From positions 18,751 through 82,750 of IMG/VR virus record IMGVR_UViG_3300049491_000350: DNA of 64,000 bases, one strand, 5' to 3'. How positions within the stretch are numbered: the first letter of the stretch is position 1; each line of letters starts with the position of its first letter. The notes under the pieces are model-generated. The model was not told the DNA's origin. It saw nothing but the letters and a program-made list of their open reading frames with translations, and searched no databases. Both the position numbers and the translations under genes were made by a program. The DNA is from a virus. Shown here in pieces: positions 20,701 to 32,600 of this stretch.

Positions 20701-22436
20701 CTGCGAAGTACCAGATAAACAAGGGCGATATTATCAGGATATATGATGATGGTGATGGAACTTCATTTAACCCTACTGCTACTGACGGGTACATGGACTA
20801 TCCGATACTCGGAACTAACTATAACGAATCAGTGCAGACACAGATTAACGTGCAGGCTAATGGCTCAAACATTACATTCAACCCGGAGCAGCAGACCGAT
20901 GGCAAATCAATCATAATCGGCTATGACAAAAGGCTTGAGAGCTTACGTGATAAGTGTGGCTTCTGGATAGAGGTAATAAGGCCAAAGGAAATTTCCGAAA
21001 GGGAGATGTATTGTGAAATGTGTGGTATGTACCCTGTTCAGGATGGAGAGCTTATGGGTGGCATCAGAGAGATAATATTTGACACTTGGGATACATACTA
21101 CCAGAACAGGTACATCAAGATTAAAGACTGCTCTGGCAAGGCATTCAACCATCCGTTTGAAGGGGCATCCATTACCGACTTCTGGGGAGAGAATTGTACC
21201 TCTTGCGGCAGGCTGCACACCACAGATGCACAGGCAGAGCAACGCTGGTATCCTGACGATGTAATCAAGTCTGACGAGTTTGTTAACGAAGGAAGGGTTA
21301 ATGGCCTTGCTACATTCAGGGAGCGTAACAGGAAACAATTTAAAGGTCAGGATTGGGGTGGCATAGTTGCGGCAAAAGCAGCAATGAATATCGTTGCATT
21401 CATTTGTCAAAATGATTGGTTCTTGACAGGCTATGACTTGAATTATGTAAAGTCAACTTCGGATGGAAGGATAATAGCAACAAACCTTGAGAACAATCTT
21501 GATAGCCCATATCAAAAAGTGGGAGATAATTACGGTTGCGAATACGAGCATACATCATCTATTGTTTACCACGATGGAAAGATATTCTGGGCTGATTCAA
21601 AAAACAGGGCGGTTATATTGATGGATTTCAAATCAGCTAATGCAATATCTGAAATAGACAACTCATCTTATTTCAGTGCCAAGTTCACAACCATCACTAA
21701 ATACAACAAGAACCTGTCTCCTGCAAACTACAAGAACAGGCTATTTGATTTGATAGCTGGGATTGACCACGCAAGGAATGAATACTACCTTACATTCAGG
21801 AGAAGGAACATTGACAGGCAGATGCCGATAAACTTTGTAAACCTTGAAAGGAAAATAGCCCTTGACAAAAGTGAAACATTTGTATTTTCTATCAACAACA
21901 GCAAATGGACAAGATGGGCTACGATTATCCCAGAATTTTACGGAAGCCTTAAACACGCTAAGGAAGGCAAACTGATGATTGTATTTAATAACGGAATGGC
22001 ATGGGGTCATAATCTATTCCCGGCAACATTATTTAATACATTCTTTGGGTTCAGAGTTCCAGCCATGTGCGTTGTTGTAGAAAGCGACCCGGACAACAAA
22101 AACAAAATATACCAGTCTGTCGAGGTTGAATCCAACAGCGTAAGGTGGTATGTTGACGAGGTGGTTACGCCAGAGCCTTTCAGCTATTCCTATATCCCTG
22201 TAAAATATTTTAAAAAGAAAGAAAATATACAGTACGCATCAGTGCTTAGGGATATGAGCAGCTATCCAAGCGATGAGGATTTGCGGCTTAACAGGTCAAT
22301 GCTTTTGGATGGCAAAAGAATGTTTGGCCAATTCGGCAGGTTTAGGTTTTTAGTGTACATTGATGACGCAGATAAATATTTTGAAGTGGGCGCATTTAAT
22401 ATAAGAAATACTTTCTCTGAAAAAACAGGCAAATAA
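17727..22436 (+). CDS. Tail muzzle/stabilisation protein (beta-propeller type)
   Basis: 1569 aa; N-terminal YVNTDAD, QFAYDFIYTDGRPT and C-terminal YGCEYEHTSSIV...IFWADSKNRAV, typical of crAss-like tail stabilisation proteins. Confidence 0.65.
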   Translation: MGQVIKVFKPSYVNTDADAMSLKPVESPFIKDYTVEVNDNGELPSNTGNDVKVGGNMNVGTPLSANIKLCTPELPDGFNKIVGSGEFTETNELYVCFYNSKGKHGVYLIDGNTMRCRKIIFDANLNFSLDPAFAIPAHKMSLRVVYDEQNGELRSIVEKHLIFTDSNNWQRWINVEAAIKTDGFNEVLFPYWKTRLPHFDRAEYIDYITRPPMHCPSVIPVPFSDTDKGKINKLLNESVQFAYDFIYTDGRPTSVSQYSLPFSVTSSSCNPNSANLSRCVDIVLYAGSPMVEKIRLYMRPCGGEWVLYDTIERFSTCGDNDPALIGNEYWKRTGQWADVGYDPVKNTIKYRWCGDKEFQIADKEHLKRLQNDMPIKSIAMTPAGDAILLCNNLYGYENLSCSVTDKIALSTIPDDATAGCKVDMVKITVYSYMGSGDYFHSQAVYKRGAASTSRDFGGFFLDYSRSGTTVNEEFSLNQGAVDYFGMKLNNKDGHILYLAGTPYYAIGKQCIVTAAGVIREFGIPDFNSNEEFNFVKAWVQGGGFFVEKYEFTVPKGKYIARMAGHSSMPDDDYSKTSTWVMGIADSRIRTQGGAIVNFYQAKKSYSKEIEIDATNGNVDLWGTGADLFYIFCPYYFDSGALFNVAGDAERWRFNEGYVNEDNQNKIGVELLRYGNNHGQFFRDGFFTDHNGFFFAFVGRGEARYAEVDFRGTLNCKTTNNVLFSSKNGSSPGGLFSWGADSVYVKYNATIKDNNAGIIGDCNRVLVKGKITDCDGVNGLAGVAVTITRGATAYTGSDGTFELIVHNSYEAIRKDKIYVNAGGECLFYTCDCKAPELYPYDSSLSPCVACNVRNYPTSIDAKFKLVVGRNKALKGGGRYGVGMVAWDLGGRGTFVNRINYVDIPTFLQTNSYAPQKIKASFPASLGLPKGTAYVSFFRTPNLNFRSYLQWVGDGIKFLDTKGDEVTTKGGLIRAKITIQSLLDFNVDNNFATTAKYQINKGDIIRIYDDGDGTSFNPTATDGYMDYPILGTNYNESVQTQINVQANGSNITFNPEQQTDGKSIIIGYDKRLESLRDKCGFWIEVIRPKEISEREMYCEMCGMYPVQDGELMGGIREIIFDTWDTYYQNRYIKIKDCSGKAFNHPFEGASITDFWGENCTSCGRLHTTDAQAEQRWYPDDVIKSDEFVNEGRVNGLATFRERNRKQFKGQDWGGIVAAKAAMNIVAFICQNDWFLTGYDLNYVKSTSDGRIIATNLENNLDSPYQKVGDNYGCEYEHTSSIVYHDGKIFWADSKNRAVILMDFKSANAISEIDNSSYFSAKFTTITKYNKNLSPANYKNRLFDLIAGIDHARNEYYLTFRRRNIDRQMPINFVNLERKIALDKSETFVFSINNSKWTRWATIIPEFYGSLKHAKEGKLMIVFNNGMAWGHNLFPATLFNTFFGFRVPAMCVVVESDPDNKNKIYQSVEVESNSVRWYVDEVVTPEPFSYSYIPVKYFKKKENIQYASVLRDMSSYPSDEDLRLNRSMLLDGKRMFGQFGRFRFLVYIDDADKYFEVGAFNIRNTFSEKTGK

Positions 22437-22438
22437 AA

Positions 22439-22768
22439 ATGGAACTGATACTTGAGAACGATATTGCAAGGGTGATAACAGCCACATACTGCGACAGGAA
22501 AGACTTGTTCTATTCTGGCAAACTTAGTACGCCAACAAAAATTGACAGGCTCGTTAAGGCTGCATTGAAGCTGGCAACAGATTGTCAGGTGTATAAGATA
22601 GAAGATGCAAGCGTATTTGCTGGGTTTGCTATTGTTGACTTAAATTTGGGCAGCAAGAAAGCAATAGTAATGCGTAGGGTATTCAAAGACAGGGAGCAGG
22701 AGGTGTCGAAGATAATAAGCCAGCTATTGTTAACCATATCAATATCAACTGATGACGAAGGACTTTAA
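22439..22768 (+). CDS. Hypothetical protein (possibly degenerate GNAT-like)
   Basis: 109-aa ORF; VFAGFAIVD. Confidence 0.5.
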   Translation: MELILENDIARVITATYCDRKDLFYSGKLSTPTKIDRLVKAALKLATDCQVYKIEDASVFAGFAIVDLNLGSKKAIVMRRVFKDREQEVSKIISQLLLTISISTDDEGL

Positions 22769-23594
22769 TCTTGAGAACGTACTTGAGGGCAAAACCGGGG
22801 ATGATTATTCCATCTCTGGCAATATTGTGTCTTACAAAGGCAAGCCCGTATGCAGGATGGGGTCAGAGTATTCTGTGTTTAGCTTTGGCAGCAACTTTGA
22901 AAACGAAGTGTTTAAGTTAAACGCTTTTGCAGAGGTGCTACCAACACAAGTAATCGCAGTGCCAGAGCAAATGTTTTCATACCCAGAATCAATTTATGAC
23001 AATGCTGAAATATGCGGAGACTGCTGGGTTAAAGCGTTTGAAAAATACAGGGCTGAATCTGCGGCTGGGAATAAGAAATCATTTTACTATCTGGAATGCC
23101 TGCTCGATAATTACTTCCTTTTTTACAAAGCATTTAAAATTGCAGTGCCAGACAAAGCAAGGCAGTTTATAGTAAGCAATAATTTACAGTCAATAAAAGA
23201 AAAATGCTTTAGTGTAAACATGGCAAAGCACCAAACATTTATTGAAAAATCTCTTGAAGATTGGAGGGTTGGAAAAGGAAGGCCTGTGTTGCCAAACAAG
23301 ACTGGTAAAGAGTACCTGCGGTTCAATCCTTCCAACAACACATACGAGAGCCTTACGGGCGTTATAGTTGACAAGGTTATATTTGAATCGCTATACAAAA
23401 GGTATCTTGATGGGGAGCGCAAATTAAGTGTGGCGCATACGGTACATGCTAACAACGAAGCAGGTGAGCTAAAGGCAATAGAATCAGCATCTGATGTCGT
23501 GGTATCAGACGATGGCTCTATCACTATTAACTGCATGGTTATATCAAAGGAGGAAATCATTAACGCAATAAATAACGGAAAGAATGCTAATTGA
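22752..23594 (+). CDS. Hypothetical protein
   Basis: 280-aa ORF within the operon. Confidence 0.6.
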   Translation: MTKDFNLENVLEGKTGDDYSISGNIVSYKGKPVCRMGSEYSVFSFGSNFENEVFKLNAFAEVLPTQVIAVPEQMFSYPESIYDNAEICGDCWVKAFEKYRAESAAGNKKSFYYLECLLDNYFLFYKAFKIAVPDKARQFIVSNNLQSIKEKCFSVNMAKHQTFIEKSLEDWRVGKGRPVLPNKTGKEYLRFNPSNNTYESLTGVIVDKVIFESLYKRYLDGERKLSVAHTVHANNEAGELKAIESASDVVVSDDGSITINCMVISKEEIINAINNGKNAN

Positions 23595-23901
23595 CGAAAG
23601 GCCGCAGGCTTTAGCCTCGCAACAAATAAGTGTAGGACAGGAGAAGCACCCTGCTACATATCTTGGCAGTAAAACAATCCCTCCACAATGCAAGTTGTGG
23701 GAGTTTAATAAAAAGGCTTTAACGCTTGCGCTTGCTACATTTGAATATTCAGAAAAGAATATCGAAACAAAAAAGATAAGCAGGAAGCTGATAGTTAAAA
23801 AGGATTGCATTTACACCTATGCAATAAACAAGAAGAATGCGGAGCGGAAAATAGAAAAAGAGTTATCAAGATTAAAAGCCGTAGCCAACAATGGAGTTTA
23901 A
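23584..23901 (+). CDS. Hypothetical basic protein
   Basis: 105-aa ORF overlapping both neighbours; KDCIYTYAINKKNAERK. Confidence 0.55.
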   Translation: MLIDERPQALASQQISVGQEKHPATYLGSKTIPPQCKLWEFNKKALTLALATFEYSEKNIETKKISRKLIVKKDCIYTYAINKKNAERKIEKELSRLKAVANNGV

Positions 23902-24346
23902 AAGGGTTTATGACAGGACACAAATATGGGTCGCACTGCATACGATATACAGTGGCGATACCGACTTTGTTCAGAACCTGCATAAAACCAAAAGCAAAAG
24001 CGCATACGGCGCAGCTAATGACAGCCTTAATAATATCAGCACAGACACGGAGTTTTATCTTGCTTATTCTGGCAGGCAGGTGGCTGGCTTTTTTGCTATA
24101 AACAAAACGTACCCCATAATGATGTACGTGATAGAAGGGTTTCATGTAATACCAGAATGCAGGGATGCAAAGTTCCTTAGCCAGTATTGGGCAGACGCAA
24201 AATTATTGATGGAAGGGAAGCCTACTGGCGTATGTATTTACAGCAAGAATGAGACAGCGATTAAACATTTGAAAAAAAACGGGTTTGAAGATATAAGAGA
24301 AATGGTGCATGATGGAATTTCTCACGTACTTTTGATTCATTCATAA
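23891..24346 (+). CDS. GNAT-family acetyltransferase-like protein
   Basis: VAGFFAI...FHVIPECR...IYSKNETAIKHLKKNGF matches GNAT motifs A/B. Confidence 0.6.
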   Translation: MEFKRVYDRTQIWVALHTIYSGDTDFVQNLHKTKSKSAYGAANDSLNNISTDTEFYLAYSGRQVAGFFAINKTYPIMMYVIEGFHVIPECRDAKFLSQYWADAKLLMEGKPTGVCIYSKNETAIKHLKKNGFEDIREMVHDGISHVLLIHS

Positions 24347-24357
24347 AATATTTTACA

Positions 24358-25149
24358 ATGCCACTAATAGCAAGTGCAGTCATAGGAGGTGTTAGCAGTC
24401 TTTTCAAGATTGGCTCTGGTATAGGCCAGCTTAACAAAGCAAACCAGCTTGAAAAAACCAACAAGCGTCCTGTGTTCAATATACAGGACGAATACTTCAA
24501 CAACCAAAGCATGTCTCAAAGCATGGCACAGCATGGCCTTACTGACAAGGCTATGGACTTCTACACCACCGAATCATGGAGAGGGCTTGGCAAAGGCGTT
24601 GACAGTACATTACAGGCTGGTGGCGGCATTAATTCCATTCAGGGTATGTATGATGATTACCAGCGTGGATTGCAGGAGGTGGCAGCTAAGGATGCTGAAC
24701 GGCAGACAACCAATATACAGTACCTTATTGAAAGGAACAAGGACTTGGCTGGCCAGAAAACGCAGAAGTGGGCTATTGATGAATACGAGCCTTATAAAGA
24801 CAAAGCAAAGGCTGCTGCCGCAGCAAGGGCTGCTGGCAACCAGAACATCTCCACAGGGCTGTCAGAAGGCATGGGAGTGGCTACATCTATGTTTACAGGA
24901 GGGCAGAACGCAGATATGTTTAAGATGGGCGGAGGTGCTGCCGCTTCTGCTGCTGCACCAGCAGGTGAGCAGGTGGCAACTAATACGACACCGGGCATGA
25001 TTCAGTATGGTGGGCAGACAGGAACTGGCGGATGGAATACCCTGACCCCAGAACAGCAGGCTTTAAGGCTGGCTATTGCACAGGGAACTCCTAATTACAA
25101 AGACATGGATATTGAAGATTTCTATAAACTTCAATACGGCGACTACTAA
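24358..25149 (+). CDS. Internal virion (ejection) protein
   Basis: Gly/Ala-rich hydrophobic N-terminus (MPLIASAVIGGVSSLF) and Q/A/G-rich helical body, typical of podovirus ejection proteins. Confidence 0.6.
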   Translation: MPLIASAVIGGVSSLFKIGSGIGQLNKANQLEKTNKRPVFNIQDEYFNNQSMSQSMAQHGLTDKAMDFYTTESWRGLGKGVDSTLQAGGGINSIQGMYDDYQRGLQEVAAKDAERQTTNIQYLIERNKDLAGQKTQKWAIDEYEPYKDKAKAAAAARAAGNQNISTGLSEGMGVATSMFTGGQNADMFKMGGGAAASAAAPAGEQVATNTTPGMIQYGGQTGTGGWNTLTPEQQALRLAIAQGTPNYKDMDIEDFYKLQYGDY

Positions 25150-25171
25150 CAAATAAAACCATTTTATTTAT

Positions 25172-26674
25172 ATGGCAAACGAACCATCATTAGGCGAAAT
25201 AACCGGCATCAAGGGAGATGCCGATTTGGCTTATGGCACTGCTGGTGTCGGCGGTACTGACGTTGTGTTCAATTGGAACAAAGGCATTGACCTTTTAAAC
25301 AACGCTACACTGGCCAAGCAACAGAATGACAGGTGGAAGTATGAGCAGTTCCAGAAGAACCTTGCTGATAACTTTAAAGGGTTTAATGACCTTGATGTTA
25401 ATGGCGTGATGGAAAAAGATTACGACAAAATCATTGATGACTACAAAGGCCTTGCAGGCGAAATGGCTGAAAATATCGGAGTGCTAAGAAACCCTGCCAG
25501 CAACCCGGAGTTATATGCTGACCTCAAAAGAAAAGAGGCGGAGCTTCGTGGTAAAATATCACAATCAAAACAGGATTTGTCGTACAGGACACAGCACAAG
25601 AATTTCCTTATGGCTCATCCTGATTTCAATACCGACTTTAATAAGGGTGCAATAAGTTCTTTTGAGAATGCGCCTTTGGGTGAAAGGCAATTGTTTACGT
25701 TTGACACTCCTTATGTATTCGATGTTAACGAGCCTATTAAGCTGGCTACGTCTGTTGCCATGCAGAAAAGCAAAGAGGAGGCTGTTAAGCGTGGCATTGC
25801 CCCGGACAAGACAGAGGAGTGGCTTACAACAGCAGAAGGGGTGGAATACAACAGGCAGGCATTTAAGGATGCGTACAAAGAGTATATCAATAACCAGAGA
25901 GACCGTTCCAATTCTGGAAAGACATTGCGTGATGTGGCAATGACTACATGGGATAAATTGCCAGCAAATTTGAAAGGGAATAATTTTGACGAATGGGTAG
26001 ATAATGTCGCAGGCAAATTCATTCCTCAAAACAATTATTTCAATTCTATGGAGGAATCCAAATATGGATTGCAGGATGAGGAGCTTGATATGAAATGGAA
26101 GATTGCTAAACTTAACGATGGAACTGAAAGGTATAAAGCGAACCTTCCGCATAAATACGAGGAGAAGCAGCTTGATGCGCTTGGCAGGTCGTACAATGAA
26201 GCATTGACTTCGGCATTTACCACAGGCGGCGTTAATGTTGGATACCTGAATAATATCTATGGAGACGATTCAGAAGTTTCTGTGAAGGCAGGAACTGAAA
26301 TACCAGACCTTAACAACCCTCTTGCTAAGACAACAACATCTGTTGAGACGAAAGTTCCAAAGAGAATTATAACAGGAAGCAGCAGGGATAAAGATGGAAA
26401 CCTTGTTGTTGATTACCTTGATTACTCAAGCGGCAAACCCGAAGCTGGTAAAATCATCAGGAATAAAGAGCAGGGCAGGGTTGATTTTTATAGCCTCGGT
26501 GGAAAAAAATATGCAACTACGGTAGAGGACAGGGCTTCTAAATGGAGGAAACAAAAAGGCTTTAAAGAAGGAAGCCCGGATACTGACGAGATGAACAAAT
26601 TCTTTAAGTTTTCAGACCAAGCAAAAGGCAAGTATGTATATGCGAAGGGTGTCCTTACTTATGTAACCGAATAA
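25172..26674 (+). CDS. Putative internal virion (ejection) protein
   Basis: 500 aa, helical, Cys-free; between the ejection-like gene and the giant gene. Confidence 0.5.
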   Translation: MANEPSLGEITGIKGDADLAYGTAGVGGTDVVFNWNKGIDLLNNATLAKQQNDRWKYEQFQKNLADNFKGFNDLDVNGVMEKDYDKIIDDYKGLAGEMAENIGVLRNPASNPELYADLKRKEAELRGKISQSKQDLSYRTQHKNFLMAHPDFNTDFNKGAISSFENAPLGERQLFTFDTPYVFDVNEPIKLATSVAMQKSKEEAVKRGIAPDKTEEWLTTAEGVEYNRQAFKDAYKEYINNQRDRSNSGKTLRDVAMTTWDKLPANLKGNNFDEWVDNVAGKFIPQNNYFNSMEESKYGLQDEELDMKWKIAKLNDGTERYKANLPHKYEEKQLDALGRSYNEALTSAFTTGGVNVGYLNNIYGDDSEVSVKAGTEIPDLNNPLAKTTTSVETKVPKRIITGSSRDKDGNLVVDYLDYSSGKPEAGKIIRNKEQGRVDFYSLGGKKYATTVEDRASKWRKQKGFKEGSPDTDEMNKFFKFSDQAKGKYVYAKGVLTYVTE

Positions 26675-26698
26675 TAAAACTGCATTATAAAATATTTT

Positions 26699-29600
26699 AT
26701 GGACGAGAAATTACAAAGCATATACGACTTTATGAAAAGTCAGGGAGTTGAAGGGCTTCCTGAATTTCAACAGTTCAAAACTGACTTTGCTGCTAACCCG
26801 GAGACACAGAGAAGCACCCTTGATTTTATGAAATCAAAAGGGGTTGAAGGGTTGCCTGATATAGGCCAGTTCTCTAATGACATCGGCGTAAAAAAAAAAG
26901 ATGGTGGCACAGATTTATCAAATGGGGATTCTATGGAGGGTACTCAAAAGGATACTGCTACATCGGGGTCAGAAGAATCAGGAAGTAATACCTTTGATTT
27001 TTACAAGGCTATTGACCCGATGGGTTTTATGAGAGGAGGGCTTGAGCTTGATTACGATGGCGTGAAAATACCTGTTACATCTTTTGATATACCACAGCCA
27101 CCTGACAGCCGACCATACCCTGAAAGGCTTGGGCAATTCGATACAGGCGAATACAACAAAGCATTTGTTGGCGAAATACAAAACTACCTTACGGATGATA
27201 AGTACATAGGTTCTCCTGAAAGGCAAAAAGCGCAGGAATATGTACAAAACATCAGATTGAAAAATGCGTACAGGAATGACGCATTTTCTTTTAGCGATGT
27301 GAGCATGGCGGAAGCGCAGCGTTTTGCAGACAGGTACGGAGTGGAGCTTGGCACTGAACTTAACGGCGATTACTTTCAGAAAGTAAAAGCGTTAAAGGAT
27401 AAGGTGAACGCAGATACAAAAGAGCAATACACAGAGCATCGTGTTCAAGGTAGAAGCGATTTGCCTTATGAGGTGTTTAATGACAATGGATATAAAAACG
27501 ATGCAGATAACAATACGATAAACAATTTATTTGAAAGGCTTTCTTCTAAGATGGCTGACAGGGGAACTGCTGACGATGCGAAAGATGTGGTGGTGCAGTA
27601 TGCAGACCAGCGCACAATATTTGAAAAGGGCATGGATTACGCAAGCCCGGTTTATGGTGCTGCCAGTTCTGCCGTAAACAACGCTTTGCTTTTTGGCTCA
27701 AAGAAAATAGATGCAAATTTCATAACAGGGTTGAACCAGCGAAAACTTGCAGACCCTGTTGAGTATGCAAGGATTGCAAAACAGATTGCTAACGGAGAGC
27801 CAGTTGCTTCCAATGATTACTTCCGGCTTACTAATGTAGGCTTGTCAATAAACAATTCTGATAACCTTGAAGGCCTTTCAACCGGGAAGCAAACTATTGA
27901 AGATTTCATCTCCAACCACAGGGGCATCATGCAGCAATCTTCCGACCTGCTCTTAAATACAAAAGATGTATTGAAGTCTGCTATTGCTGATGAGCTTGGC
28001 AGCAGGCTTGATGAAAAGGCAGAGAAGGAATCATTGCTTGGCAACAATGTAACAGGGTCGTATATGTACAGCGATGAAGAAATCAATGCGGCATTGCCAG
28101 CCGCACTTCAATCTATTGGCGTAAACAAGGATGACCCAAGAGTGGTTGATGCTATCAATTCAATCAAAGGAGACGAAGGATGGATGGTTGGCATGAATGG
28201 CGTTAAAAAGGGTGGGCTTGTACGTGAGCTATTTAAAGGTGCGGCACAACCTTTCAGGGGCATCGCTGCATGGGGCGATTCTTTTGGAAAGCCATTATCG
28301 CAGGAATACAACGAAGCCAAGAACCAGCAGTTAAGCACATATACGGAGCAACGGCCTGAATCAATGAAAGGAACAGTGCTTAATACATTGAGTGATGCGG
28401 TATATGGGTTAGGGCAGTTTGCATCGCAGGCAGGCCTTGCTTATGCAGGCGGCGAAATTGTTGGTGGCATTGGAGCTTTGGCAGGTGGTGTTGGCGAAGC
28501 TGGTGCTGCCGCAGCTACCGAAACTGCTGCCGCCAGAGGCGCATTGTCCGGGCTTGATGCTGCGGCAGAATCTATTGCCGCAGATGCAGTATCTGCTGGG
28601 AGCAAGATTGGAAACTACCTCCTGCGTAACCGTGAGGCTATATCAACATTTGCAACAGGCTATCTTCAATCATACGACAGCAACCTTAAAACAACTTTAC
28701 AGATGACAGAAGATGATGCTTCTGCAAAGTTGGGGGCGCAGTTCCTTGCTGCAATGGAGGGAGCAAGCGAATTGATTTTACCTGATGTTAAATTAGGCCG
28801 TGAAATAATAGGCGGTTTCAAAAAGGAAGCGATACCCGGACTTCTAAAAAACATTTCTGAAAATATTTTAAAAAAGGGAGTAGATAAAAATGCTTGGGCT
28901 AAAGTTGGTGAATATGCAGGCAAAAGATTATTGAGTGCAGCAGCCACTACCGGGCAGGAAATTGCGGAGGAAGAAATTACGCAGCTTGCAAATTATGCAA
29001 CTAACGTTGTGCTTAACCCTAAGCAGGCAGGCAACCGTGATTTAGGGGATGAATTATTTAAGACTGCTGTATCAACGGCGGTATCCATGTCTATACCAGC
29101 ATTCCTCCGTAGCGGCGGTGGCAACCATAATACAGGGCTTGATAATAATAAAGCTGCTCTTGTCCTTGCTTCTGCAAACCTGACAACCATTCAGGATTAC
29201 ATAAACACTGCCGTTAGTAAAGGCATGATGAACCCGGATGAGGCTTCTGCTAAAATGCAAATAGTTAACACGGCTCATTCTATTGCTTCTCAAATGCCAG
29301 CAAATAAGAATGACGGAACTAAAATGAATATAACTGAACGGGCAGAATATTTATACAGCAGGACAAAGGAGGCTGCTCTTGCAGATGCAATAACCAAAAC
29401 TACTGATGATGTTTTAAAAGAAAGGTACAAGAAGGAAATAGCCGAGGAACAGGCTTTAAGAAAAGGCCTTATTGAGAAAACAGAAACAAGGTTTGATGGC
29501 AAATACCTTTCTGATAAAGAGCGCAATATTTTTGTCAATAAGCAATCAGAGCTTGCACGGATTGATACACGGCTGGCTGAAAACCCGGATGATAAAACAC

Positions 29601-32600
29601 TGGTGCGCCAGCGCAATTCTTTGCGTTCCGATATTTACCGCATACGTGATGGCAATTACTTCGGCGCAGTAAATAATATATCAAGGCGTATGGGTGTCCA
29701 GTACAATGGCATGGAGAGGGATGAGTACAACCGGGTAGTAGAACCTGCGGCTAATAATGCTGGCAGGTTTTCAACGTTCAATATAAAAGATGGCGATGAA
29801 ATTGTTTTGCCAAACAATGAGAAGATGACTGTCGTTAGCGCAGATGAAAACAGGATAGTAATGGATGATGGCTCTGGCAAAAACGATTTGATTTTTGACG
29901 GCAAATCAGAATTTGAAAATGTTTTTATACCTACCTTTTTTTCTGGCAACAAACAGTTTGCCCAGCTTAACCCAACTATACATGCACAGGCTGTACAGTT
30001 CAGGAAGAAACTGCTTAATGAGCCTAACGCTGACGTACATAATATTGCTGTTAATTATGTACGGAACAATGGCATTGCCAACGATATTGATACAAGGCCA
30101 GTTACTTCCCTTAACGAAAAAGAATCTGCGGATAGAGCCAAAAGATTTGAGCAGGTTGTACATGCGCCAAAGGAGAAGGCTACAATAGATTCATACGAAG
30201 CCCTTAAAAAAGAAACGCTTGCACAATGGAATGCGATTACGGATGCAGGTTATAACCTTGAGCTATGGAGTGGCAAGGGAGAGCCTTATTCTTCTTCTAA
30301 GGCAATGACCGATGACGTTAGGGAGAATAAACATTTATGGATACTGCCTACACTGAATGAGTTTGGCAGCAATGAAGATTTTGATGCCAGCGAAAACCCA
30401 TTGCTTGAAAAGACAGGCATGGTTGCCAGTGGCATGGAGCTTACTTATAACGATGTGTTCCGGGGCGTACATGATTTCTTTGGCCATGCCCATATTGGAA
30501 ACCAGTTTGGTGCTATTGGTGAGGAGAACGCATGGAGGTCTCACTCTCAAATGTATTCCCCTCTGGCAAGGAAAGCTATGACGATGGAGACCCGGATGCA
30601 AAACTCATGGGTGAATTTCAGTGGAGAGAATGTTGCAGCATTGAACTTGTTCAAAGAAGCTGCAACGCTGGAAAAACAGTCAAAGGATAAGAGCGGCAAT
30701 ATTATTGACCGTGATAAATATGAGCAGTCTATTGCGCTTAAAAAGGAAGCACAGTTGAAATTTAAGTTTGCAGACCAGAAGGTAGCTGTGGCATCCGATG
30801 AAGATGTGCAGATGAGAGGTGCTTACGATAATGTACAGGAAGGGCTTGACCAGCCATCAAGTATAACCCAATACAAGAAAGGTGAAACTGTTTCACTTGC
30901 AGACTTACAAAACGAGTGGCCTGTAACTAACGAAGGGATGGTTGATATGTTCCAGTGGGGCAAGTCTCAAGATGTACAGATTGGATTCCGGGCAATGCGC
31001 CAGACCGATGGCATTGCCTTTTACAATCCTTTAAGCGATGAGATATACTTCAACGTTAGCCATCCTGAATTTAAGAGCCTGACAGTTGCAGATACACAGG
31101 AGTTCTTGGCACATGAGCTTATCCATAAAGCTGCCCACTATTCTTTTGAAAACAACCCGGAGCTTGCTGGTGAGTTCAATAAGGATGCAGGCAAGGTGAT
31201 TGCCTTCTTGAAGCAGCAGGATATAACCAAACTTGATGCCACCACACAGAAGTACATCTCGTTCATGCTTGAAGATAACGCAGACCCACAAGAGCTTATC
31301 ACGTATGGTATGACTAATCCTTATATAGCGCAATGGTTTGCATCTCTTGAATACAATGCCAGCGAACAGGGGCAAAAAAGCGGTAGCGTATGGCAGTGGA
31401 TGAAAGAAAAAATATTACGCTTTGTAAGCAATATAGTTAAAGGTAAAAGCGTTTTAGATGAGACAGCCAGACTGCTTGATAAATATGTGAAGTTTGGGCT
31501 TCAAACAAGAATGAGTGAACGTGAACAATTGCATAGCCAGATATTAGAACAGTTGAATAACTCAACTGTTCCCGACACTATGAAGATTGGCATTCGCAGT
31601 GCGCCAGCAGAAGATGTAATCAATTTCATTTACGAACAGGCTACCAATACTACTAACGCAGATGGGCAATTGTATAGCGGCAGGGAAGCTCTTGAGCAGC
31701 AGTTTGGAAAGGAACTTGTTGATAGGGTAGTTGATTATAAGCAGCGTGAAATATCTGCACCACTGGCTGCTAACAAACCTCTGGAAGGCAAACCTGAAAG
31801 GCTCGACAATGAAAGCGCATTTGATTATGCCAAGAGGGTACGTGAATGGTACAACAAAGCAAGGCAGGACAAAGAGCTTGATTCAAAAGACAGGCGCAAG
31901 GCGCAGGTTGAATCCATAGAGGAACGTGATTACCTTGCCCACATACGGGATGGGGTAGCCCTGTTGAAAATCAATGCAGGCATAAGCATAGAAGATTTCA
32001 ACAAGCAATTGAATATCCCTGCGGATAATCTTGAGACCTATATAGCATCGCTGCAACAGTTGACAGAAGATAAAGAGGATGCTGCTGCAAACAAAAATGC
32101 GAAGGCTGTACTTGATGCTTTGCGCCAGCAATACCCGGAGAGGGTAACTATGACAGAGGTAGAGCTTCTCCGTAAGCAATACAATGCCTACAACAATGGA
32201 TACCGCAAGGCAATGAATACTGCCAGAAAAAACCTGTCTAAGGCTACCAAAGAGTTCAACGAAAATTATAAACTGCTAAAGGCATACAAGAATGCAGAGC
32301 GGCAGCAGATGGCTGCTGACCTTAAAGGTAAATCTGCGGCTGAAAGAAACGAGTTGATAAAAAAGAAAAATGAGGAACGCAGGCAAAAAGTCTTAGCTCT
32401 TAAAGATAAGATGGAGCAGGCGAAGAAAGATTATGAGCAGAAGGTTGCTGACATCAAAGACAGGAATAAATACTTCCGAGATAAGGTTGCTGATATTCTT
32501 ACTGACCTGTACAAGTCTGGCGCACTGAAAGGAGTAACATTCACTGAACAAGAATTATTGCAACTTGCCGCTACTGCTGGCAACGTATATACGAACAAGA

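Noticed and set aside
26890-26899. A10 run as a programmed frameshift
   Set aside because: The reading frame continues uninterrupted for more than 3000 codons and no alternative-frame product is evident.
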